Below are positions 54,913 through 64,000 of a stretch of 64,000 bases of DNA, piece by piece. Location of the stretch: the NCBI GenBank assembly GCA_964016885.1, contig OZ024746.1:40486001-40550000 (forward strand), written 5' to 3'. Source of the stretch: Eledone cirrhosa (lineage: Eukaryota). Each line of letters starts with the position of its first letter. The first letter of the stretch is position 1. Made by a program: the position numbers and the translations under genes. The notes below the pieces were generated by a model. It had not been told where the DNA came from, ran no database searches, and was given only the letters and a program-made list of their open reading frames with translations.

Positions 54913-55607
54913 AACAATTGACGCAGGCAGTTTGTTATAGATGAAGGCAAAGTCATAACTTTCTGTCTATCTACCTCTTTCTGTCTCCTTGAAAACACAT
55001 GCCGTTCTCTTTTTCTCTCACTATCTATGTACATATCTCTTGCTTGGTGCTCCCCCTCTCTATATAAACTGAGCATGACAGAAGGATGGCCAGGCATACA
55101 GACAGCGCTCTTATTATAATATAGATTATTTTTTTGCATTTGGGATTCTTACATTTTCAAATGTCAAACACACCCAGCACTTCAATGATTGATAAGGTTT
55201 ATTTAAGTTTTCTTTACATTTAACATAATGGTAATGTACTCCCATGGCATTCTTTGTAAGCACCTCTGTCTACTATTTCTTTGTCTAATTTACTCAATTT
55301 TCCCAACTATTATCTATAATGATTAATTGTTAACCAGTAATGCACTGGGTAATTGCTTGCCTTGTGCCAAAAGTAGAAACAGTTATTACAGTTATAATCT
55401 ATACTGTATTATGGAGTTAAGGGTGGTGAATTGGCAGAGTTGTTAGAGTGGTTTGTGGTATTTGTTTTGGCTCTGAGTTTAAATCAAGTACAGAGGTCAA
55501 TTTTTAAATCTATACTGTATTATGGAGTTAAGGGTGGTGAATTGGCAGAGTGGTTTGTGGTATTTGTTTTGGCTCTGAGTTTAAATCAAGTACAGAGGTC
55601 AATTTTT

Positions 55608-56218
55608 TTCTCTTTATCTCTTTCTCAATTCTATTCTCTTTATCTCTTTCTCAATTCTATTCTCTCTATCTCTCTATCTCTTTCTCAATTCTATTCTCTC
55701 TATCTCTTTCTCAATTCTATTCTCTCTATCTCTTTCTCAATTCTATTCTCTCTATCTCTTTCTCAATTCTATTCTCTCTATCTCTCTATCTCTTTCTCAA
55801 TTCTATTCTCTCTATCTCTTTCTCAATTCTATTCTCTCTATCTCTTTCTCAATTCTATTCTCTCTATCTCTCTATCTCTTTCTCAATTCTATTCTCTCTA
55901 TCTCTTTCTCAATTCTATTCTCTCTATCTCTCTATCTCTTTCTCAATTCTATTCTCTCTATCTCTTTCTCAATTCTATTCTCTCTATCTCTTTCTCAATT
56001 CTATTCTCTCTATCTCTTTCTCAATTCTATTCTCTCTATCTCTTTCTCAATTCTATTCTCTCTATCTCTTTCTCAATTCTATTCTCTCTATCTCTTTCTC
56101 AATTCTATTCTCTCTATCTCTTTCTCAATTCTATTCTCTCTATCTCTTTCTCAATTCTATTCTCTCTATCTCTTTCTCAATTCTATTCTCTCTATCTCTT
56201 TCTCAATTCTATTCTCTC
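55608..56218. repeat. 26-nt minisatellite (TCTCTTTCTCAATTCTATTCTCTCTA)n with occasional 8-nt insertions
   Basis: More than 20 near-perfect tandem units; explains the 289-aa and 246-aa ORFs. Confidence 0.95.
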
Positions 56219-56466
56219 ACTCTCTCTAATCTTCTCTGGAAGAAATCTGCTGTATTCAAACCTCGAGAGATGGGCTCTGGCAGGTTTTAAAATGCCCTAG
56301 AAAAGACATGTCAATACAGTGTCCCTATGACTTCCTCAGAAGTTACAGGACCATGCATACATTATGGAGATGATTTTTTTTTTAATGTTAGGGAATTGTC
56401 CTTTTCCTCTTTTCACCCGATCCCTACCTTTCTGAATGTCTATGCATGTCATTGTATTTATGTATA

Positions 56467-56849
56467 CAATGCCAGATTAACCTTGTAACAAGAGTAACAT
56501 TTGCTATGGGTCCCACATTTTCAGGGCCTACACGCTGTTTTATACAATAGTATTATACTGCCTTTAACATTTATGTCATGTTTTAATGATTTAGAGCTCC
56601 TTTAACCTTTTAAACTAGCCATATCCGGCCAGAATTCCCTCACCTTTTCTATTTAAACCAGCCATAACTAGCTACTCATACTGATGTTAAGGTTTTGTTT
56701 TCAAAATAAATAACATCAAAATCTCATAGATTTCATATTATGTGAGGTAAAGCCTTTACCATGAAATATAATAGTAAATATAGAGTAATGTAAATGCTAA
56801 AGGGTTAAGGTATATGCTATGAGCTCTGCATTAACTTAATCCAGCATAG
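56467..56849. mobile_element. hAT-type MITE with a nested piggyBac MITE
   Basis: Imperfect TIRs caatgccagattaa / ttaatccagcatag; perfect 8-bp TSD TATGTATA at 56459-56466 and 56850-56857. Confidence 0.8.
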
Positions 56850-58295
56850 TATGTATAAATGTCATGCATTTATGAAATTTTTAAAGTAGATCAACTTTTA
56901 TACTTGATACTTAATATTTGCTGAAGCATATAACCTTCATAATAGCTGTTAGGTAAATTGTTCTACATATACAACTTTCATCCTGCCTTGTCACAGAAAC
57001 AAGCAATGATGGAACATTAATAAGAGAATTTAATGTTGTTACAACTCTGTTGGTTCCAATGATAGATGTTCCATTTGGTCAAACGGAACCATCTACTCAA
57101 GAAATTAACATGCAAGTGGCTGAGCATTCCCCAGACCTGTACATCTAGCATAATTCTCAGGGTAATTCAGCATGACACAACGTGTGGCAAGGCTAGCCTT
57201 TTAAATTACAGGTACAACTCATTTTGTTCAATAAAGTGAAATACTGAAGGACACAACACACCACCAGGAATCACTCACAATCTTGTGATGATGAGCTGAA
57301 CACTTTAACTACTGAGCCACACCTACTTTAACTACTGAGACACACCTTCATGAAAAAATTAAACATACTGTGAATATACAACTACATATAAATTGATCAA
57401 TTATATAGAACCTACATACAAGCAAACATTTTCAAAAGAATTTTGATATTTTCATCTAGACATACATAAATCATAACAAAGAGCTAACATTGATTGTAGA
57501 CATACATAAATCATAACATTGAGCTAACATTAAATTATAATAAATTTGGTTGCAAAAGCTCAAAATAGGTAGTACTTTTAAGCAGGTGTTATGTAATACA
57601 CAGCCTTTCTCTGCTCATTTAAACATTGATTTTATAAGAAACCCTTATAAAAGAAAAACAATGTTGATAGTTAATTTTCAAACACTATGATATAAATGCA
57701 CACTACTAAGTATTCACTTTCAATGTCTGAATTTCTTGCTTATTTTTATACATATATATGATATATATAGTGTTATCTATCATTATCTACTTATTTATGT
57801 CTGTCTGTCCATCTGCTCGCCTGTCCGTCTGTTTATTTGTCTGTTGGTTTGTTTGATAAAGGAAAACCCAAGAAAAGATCATGAAGTTTCATGATCAGAT
57901 TTCTAATACAATGTGCTGTGTGTTCCAATTAATTTTGAAACACATAGAGGTTGAATGATAACGTTTTTATTACTAAGAAACATTTGGGACATGATTTAAT
58001 AGAAGACTTTTACATAAAATCATGATAAAGGGTTTAAATATAAATATGAACACTTTAAAATCACATGTTTTGTTTCACAAAACCTGAAACTGTCTCAAAT
58101 GCATTGTTAACAAATGCGTTAAAACAATAATATATATAACCATTATTTTTTCTAATTTTGCTTGTTTTGATTTTACTCTCTTGATATGTATTCAATGATA
58201 TTATCAATAAATTTAGTACAAAATTTGAAAAATGTTCATTTTCAATTCTAGTACAAAATTGTTTACAAATATTTCTGAAGTGTAAGCTTTCACAA

Positions 58296-58703
58296 AATTA
58301 AAAATAGTGCTTTTTTAAGGCCATCACAACACTTTCCATTTTCAGCTGAAGCACATCCTGGTATTTAACTCTTAGCTAATCAAATACAATTTTAACCAGC
58401 CAGCACCATTCACAAAGAAATAAAGCATTTTTTAAGGCCATCACATAACATCCCATTTTTAGCTGAAGCACATCCTGTTCTGTAAGCATCAACTCTAATT
58501 TTAATCAATGAAAAATAACCTTTTAATTTTGGTATACAAATTTTGGTTCAAGAATATTACAGAACATTCCATCACACCAATAGGTCGTTATAATAGTGAA
58601 TAGCGGAGTTGATATTTCTAGCAGTACACACATACCAATAGGTCACTTAACTGTTAGTCACTGTGTGAATCACTTCTGTGTAACAACTCTCCTTCAAATG
58701 TCT
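58296..58703. repeat. Left arm of a ~400-bp inverted duplication (partner 63601-63992)
   Basis: Reverse-complement alignment by eye shows about 7 substitutions and two indels. The ORF track shows the same peptide (MNSGVDISSSTHIPIGH) on opposite strands. Confidence 0.95.
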
Positions 58704-59144
58704 ACACATTCTCTCCAAAGCTATATAGCTGTCAAAATCAACAAACATATCAAAAGCAAACCAACAAATATAATGTAGGTGAATAATAAATTTCATCATA
58801 TAATTTACTATGCTTACATTTTTAACCAAAGCCATCGGTTAGATTCTTTAGAAAAAATAAAACACATCAAATCAACTTCAAATCTTCAGCTTCATCACTT
58901 TACTTTCTAAAATTGAGAAACCTCCTACTTCTGATTTCAACTTTCAAATTTACTAAAATAGTTACCACAGACTTTCCAGCATCACTTCATCTCTCCTTCA
59001 ATTTATTGTTATTAAAAAAATTGCTTTAACAGTTGCAATTTAGTTTAATCAACTCATATATATTAGGTGACTGGATTATTCAAATCAGCTTTACTTCTGT
59101 CACTGTCATCACTTCTTCTACTGCTAAATATATACAGTATTTTC

Positions 59145-59223
59145 TTAATCCTTGTTCTGTAGTTCGTGATCTTCATCAAGTTCTTTGTAGTCATTATATT
59201 GCTTAATCTGTTTCCACATGAGC
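59145..59223 (-). CDS. Gene B terminal coding exon
   Basis: ttttttatgcag|G CTC ATG TGG encodes LMWKQIKQYNDYKELDEDHELQNKD*; phase-2 compatible and homologous to the gene A tail. Confidence 0.8.
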
Positions 59224-59277
59224 CTGCATAAAAAAAATTTTTTTTTTAAATGAACAAATATTACTACATATATTTAA

Positions 59278-59565
59278 AAGTGGTCGTGTTGGTGTCACAA
59301 CAAAAAGTGCCTAGTCCACACTGTCAAGTGGTCATGTTGGTGTCACAACAAAAAGTGCCTAGTCCACACTATCAAGTGGTCATGTTGGTGTCACAACAAA
59401 AAGTGCCTGGTCCACACTGTCAAGTGGTTGTATTGGTGTCACAACAAAAAGTGCCTAGTCCACACTGTAAAGTGGTCGTGTTGGTGTCACAACAAAAAGT
59501 GCCTAGTCTACACTGTAAAGTGGTCGTGTTGGTGTCAAAACAAAAAGCAACCAGTCCACACTGTA
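59278..59565. repeat. 48-bp tandem repeat x6, derived from the RTE/SINE 3' module
   Basis: Unit aagtggtcgtgttggtgtcacaacaaaaagtgcctagtccacactgtc, running directly into the aggaagggcatcc...gatgatgatg tail. Confidence 0.92.
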
Positions 59566-60932
59566 AATGTGGCAGGCATTAGGAAGGGCATCCAGTCATA
59601 GAAATCAAGCCAGAAACAGTTCTTTATGAGCAAGATATGGTCATCTGATTGAACTTGTCTCACATCAGGACAACTTGTCTAATCCATACTAGCATGAAAA
59701 AATTGATGTTAAACAGTGATGATGATGATTTCAATACATTAACCTTTACAAATTTTTGTTTTATATTTAAAAGCACAAACATTTTAAGTCCATTATCTAT
59801 GCAGGTCCCCATGAGAGACTCCATTACCATCATGAGATCATTGCTGCCAGATGTCCTTCCTGACATCAACCTTTTTAATCATTCTTACAACACAAACAGA
59901 TAGGGGGTCCTATTTTAAACCAGATTCACTCATAATTTATATTTAATAAGAATATAATCTAATACAAATATGATTCTAATATATAATTAAGTGTCTTTAA
60001 AGTGTATATTTACAATATTTATATTGTAAATAGACTCAGACCAGGTGATGTGTTGTTTCCTTGAGCAAGACACTTTATTTCACATTGCTCCAGTTTACTC
60101 AGCTGTAGAAATGAGATGATAGGGACTGGGGTCCATATCATTCCACTGCAAAGTGGTCGTGTAGGTGCCACGGATAAAAAGCACCCAGCACTCACTGTAA
60201 ATGAGGTTGGTGTTAGGAAGGGCATTCAGCTGTAGAAATCAAGCCAGAATCAGATCCTGTCCCACCCTTGCAAGCAGGGAAAAAGCGGACGTAAAAATGA
60301 TGATGATGATGATGATATCTACAGTATGTTTCGATGAGTTTGATCCCAAGCTGTCACTAGGTGCCATAGTAGTGAACATGTTTATATGAACACTGAGCAG
60401 TTTCAAATTTTTTTCTTTAATTGATCAACATGATCCCAGAGCTCATTCATCACTTACTGAGTGGGGTGGAACTCGTCAAATCAGACCAAGGAAACAATGT
60501 TTCCATTGGTCTTTCCATTGCTGATACTATCTACCAATTGCAACTCATGGCAGAAAGAGCAATGTGAAATAAAGTGTCTTGCTCTAGGTCATAATGCATC
60601 ACCTGGGAATCAAACCCACAATCTCACAATTTGTGAATCCAATTTTCTAACCACTAAACCATGCACCTTCACAATTTTCACATTTCAAATCACTTACATA
60701 TAACTATATTAAATATACATTTTTTTTTTCTTTGAGAATGTATGTGTATATACATAATCTAATAAAGAAAAGAAACATTTAAATCGGTACATATATAATT
60801 GTATGTTTTTTTTTGTATGTATGTATGTATGTATGTATGTATGTATGCATGTACATATATATGCATGCATGTATATATGTATGTACATATGTATGCATGC
60901 AAGTGTGTATGTATGAATATAAAAATACTTAC

Positions 60933-61089
60933 ACTGTGAGTAAAAGGCATAGTACACATATTACAATTGAGATAAAGAAGACAAATCCATGATGAATGTC
61001 AAATGTGATGCTGTAAAGACCATTGAAACACAAGGAGGCAACTATCGCCATTAAATTTTCAAGATATGCCATAATGGTGAAAAGTTTGG
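60933..61089 (-). CDS. SLC46-family paralog (gene B), penultimate coding exon (157 nt)
   Basis: ttgtag|CCAAACTT encodes AKLFTIMAYLENLMAIVASLCFNGLYSITFDIHHGFVFFISIVICVLCLLLT(V); donor GT|gtaagt. Same length and phases as gene A exon 4 and clearly homologous to it. Confidence 0.9.
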
Positions 61090-61704
61090 CTACAATGTAT
61101 AAAGAAAAGAATTTTTTAATCATCGTCTTCCTATTCATCATCATCATCATCATGGTGATGGTGATGATGATCTGAATTCAAATCCCACCGAAGTTAACTT
61201 TGCCTTTCATCTTTACAGGGTCGATAAAGTAAAGCACCAGTAATGCACTGGGGTAATTGCTGGCTTTGTGCCAAAAGTAGAAAATTATTATTGTCATTAA
61301 TATAAAGCAGTCTATTATAAAAGGGCAGTCGATTGACAGTATCAGTAGAGCACCAGACTGCCCTTTCATCCTTCCAGGGTCAATAAAATAAAGTACCTGT
61401 CATGTGCTAGGGTTGATGCAATCGATTTTTTTTTTTTCCCCTACCCCAAATTGCTGTTAGAAGGAATTATTACAAAATATACTTTAGCTAAAACATTGTG
61501 AGATATGTGGTTATGGTTATGCTATGCAATATTTACAACTTTCTACATTCTGAGTTCAAAACCTGCAAAGGTAAAATTTGCCTTTCATTCTTCTGAGATT
61601 GATAAAAAAAATTACCAGTTAAATACTGGAGTGAATATAATTGACTTTCCCCTTCCCTGAAATTTCTGGCCTTGTGCTAATGTTACAAAAAATTATTATA
61701 AAGT

Positions 61705-62305
61705 ATTGCCTGGCATGTTTTCTCTCAGCCTCCCAATCCCACAGTGACACCTGGCTCAACACAGTATCAGCACTTAGACAGCGACTGCTTGTGCATCAGT
61801 GTTTTCCTGAGGCTTGGCCTCCTGATCTGCAAGTTTCACAAATGCTGCTGCAAATCAGTCTCCACCCACTGTCATGCCATTACAGTGCTGGCTGCTTCCA
61901 ATGCCATGCCACTCTCAACAAGATCATAAAGCATGCCCTGGATGGTGCAGCCTTCTCTTTCCAGCACAAGCTAGCAGGGCTGAACTGAGAAGATGGTAAA
62001 AGGACTGGTGGTATAAGTATCTTCCTGTTCTGGGATGCTATATGTTTTGACACCTTCTCTAGCAGCAACCTGATGCATCTGACTACCAGCCCAGGCTCCA
62101 CTGCCTGTCAAAGTATCATCCTCTTTCTGATGGGTTTGTGGTTGAGCCTGTGGTAGTGGAGACTTCCAGTATTCTTGGCCCCTGTACCACATCCCTGTTC
62201 ACTGCTATCGAAGTGGAGTTGGCTGCCCGCAAGTGGAGTAGCTGTTTCAGCGTGTCCCCCTCGCCATCCTCTGGAGAAATATCTTCTCCATCCTGTCAGA
62301 CTGAC
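61705..62305 (+). mobile_element. CRE-like endonuclease-domain fragment
   Basis: HPLSCHYSAGCFQCHATLNKIIKHALD...LAGLN*EDGKRTGG...VVETSSILGP...LFQRVPLAILWRNIFSIL. Confidence 0.75.
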
Positions 62306-62777
62306 CCTTAAGTTTAATTTATAGTGGTGGCATATGGATTAAATTTACTTCCATATGCATGGTTAGTAAGAAAGTGAAAACATTTAAATACACAATTCCA
62401 ACATAACTTTGTGTATATTGCACATAGTAATATACATCTGCTGTCACCTTCACTAATATCAGTAATTACCCCTCCATCATCACAAGCACCATCACCATCA
62501 TTATTACTATCACAACCTTCTGCATCATCATCAGCAACAATAATAACATCATCATTAATGACCTACTTTCAATTCTGAACATTTTCTAAAAGTGCTGGTA
62601 AATACTATTTAAATATAATTAACAGAAATATTATTAAAATATCAGAGAAACAGTTAAGGTCAAAGTGGATTTCTGCCTGCCCACCCACAGTGAGGCCATC
62701 ATTACTGGAGACCAACTTAGTGGTATGGTAGTGATGATGGCGGTGATAATGATGATATTTACAACTGGACATCAACT

Positions 62778-63115
62778 ATGTTGTAGCAACACTTTCTCCA
62801 GTGGCCACCTGGTGCATTTCACAACAAACTCAGGTCTTGTTGCCTGCAAGCTGAAGATCACAAGCTGTTGAAGTATCAGTTGCTTTCAAATAGGTTTGTA
62901 ATTTAACCTGTAGCAGTGGTGATTTCTGGCTGTTTTGGTCCCTGAACCACCTCTCTTCTCACTGCTATCAAGGCACAGTTGACCACCCACAGGAGTTGTA
63001 AAGGCTATTTCACTGCAACTTCCTCACTATCTTTCGAGGTAACACTTTCTCCATTCTCTCTGCAGGGACCATAAGGCAACTTGCACCTTAGTTTCTGCAT
63101 ACCAAAGAGCATTTT
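62778..63115 (+). mobile_element. CRE-like 3' end fragment
   Basis: Aligns with 62040-62300 and with the reverse complement of 46455-46750. Confidence 0.65.
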
Positions 63116-63132
63116 CCCACATTATCCTAGCT

Positions 63133-63296
63133 CAGTCATGGGAAACTATGGTCCACAAGCCGCATGTGGCCTGCATGGCTTTCTGAATGGCACGCCTAAT
63201 TTCAAAATTGCCTTGAACTTGTTAGTAGTGTAGCACACTTTATGATGAACTACATCTATATGTGGCCCACTACTAGAAAAAGTTTACCCATGTCTG
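63133..63296. mobile_element. hAT (Charlie-like) MITE; related copy at about 16829-16955
   Basis: TIRs cagtcatgggaaact / agtttacccatgtctg; 8-bp TSD tcctagct / tcctacct. Confidence 0.75.
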
Positions 63297-63533
63297 TCCT
63301 ACCTTATATCATTAGAGTAGTGATGGTATAGATTGCTGGTATATACAATTTTATATGCCTTATTCAATCCAACATACAATCTATACCCTATTTTGTCATG
63401 CTCCATGTCTCTCTTTCTTAATTTTTCCCTTCCTCTACAATATTGAACTCACCAGAAAGAAAGGCTTGAAGTGCTATGAACACAATCCCTTCTCTTCAGA
63501 CTAAGAAATTAAATAATCTTATTTTAAATTGTT

Positions 63534-63601
63534 TGGACCTGTTTTTCTGTACTTGCATGGGTTGGCCCTCCAACCCATGCAAGTACAGAAAAACAGGTCC
63601 A
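63534..63601. repeat. Perfect 32-bp palindrome with a 4-nt loop
   Basis: tggacctgtttttctgtacttgcatgggttgg-ccct-ccaacccatgcaagtacagaaaaacaggtcca. Confidence 0.95.
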
Positions 63602-63992
63602 GACATTTGAAGGAGAGGGGTTTCACAGAAGTGATTCACACAGTGACTAACAGTTAAGTGACCTATTGGTATGTGTGTACTGCTAGAAATATCAACTCCG
63701 CTATTCACTATGATATGTAATATTCTTGAACCAAAATTTGTATACTAAAATTAAAAGAGGTTGTGACAGATATTTTTCATTGATTAAAATTAGAGTTGAT
63801 GTTTACAGAACAGGATGTGCTTCAGCTAAAAATGGGATGTTATGTGATGGCCTTAAAAAATGCTTTATTTCTTTGTGAATGGTGATGGCTGGTTAAAATT
63901 GTATTTGATTAGCTAAGAGTTAAATACCAGGATGTGCTTCAGCTGAAAATGGAAGGTGTTGTGATGGCCTTAAAAAAGCACTATTTTTAATT
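63601..63992. repeat. Right arm of the inverted duplication
   Basis: Reverse complement of 58296-58703. Confidence 0.95.
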
Positions 63993-64000
63993 ATCTATAA

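Noticed and set aside
55431-56300. 289-aa and 246-aa hydrophobic ORFs
   Set aside because: Translation of a SINE head plus the 26-nt minisatellite.
58496-58778. Conserved small peptide MNSGVDISSSTHIPIGH seen twice
   Set aside because: The identity is simply due to the inverted duplication; the ORF starts at GTG and the two C-termini are unrelated.
58850-59140. Purine-rich, coding-looking sequence after the gene B stop (read-through extension)
   Set aside because: All three frames close within about 30 codons; best read as 3' UTR.
59250-59582. 110-aa ORF with a 16-aa repeat, or a CRISPR-like array
   Set aside because: The 48-bp units are contiguous with no unique spacers, derive from a retroelement tail, lie antisense in an intron, and there are no cas genes in this eukaryotic context.

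Overview
AT-rich, repeat-dense animal genomic DNA. The repeat families (MetaSINE-type tRNA SINEs, RTE LINEs with (GAT)n tails) point to a coleoid cephalopod, probably an octopod; this is inference. The only host genes I can support are two tandem minus-strand SLC46-family MFS transporters (PCFT/SLC46A1/SLC46A3-like). Gene A is complete: five coding exons between 27990 and 38630 giving 467 aa, plus a probable non-coding first exon near 42.6 kb. Gene B contributes its last two coding exons (60933-61089 and 59145-59223); the rest lies beyond the window. Everything else is decayed non-LTR retrotransposons (RTE, CR1, R4/Dong-like, Tx1-like, and many CRE-like endonuclease fragments), SINEs, piggyBac and hAT MITEs, a hAT-type transposase relic and minisatellites. 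The most notable structures are three. First, a near-identical ~400-bp inverted duplication brackets the last two exons of gene B, with a perfect 32-bp hairpin at one breakpoint. Second, a duplicated splice acceptor in gene A sits in the loop of an inverted RTE-tail pair and opens an alternative terminal frame. Third, a ~590-bp fold-back element lies upstream of the putative gene A promoter. Repeat boundaries were read by eye and are approximate. Most short ORFs in the supplied track are spurious.
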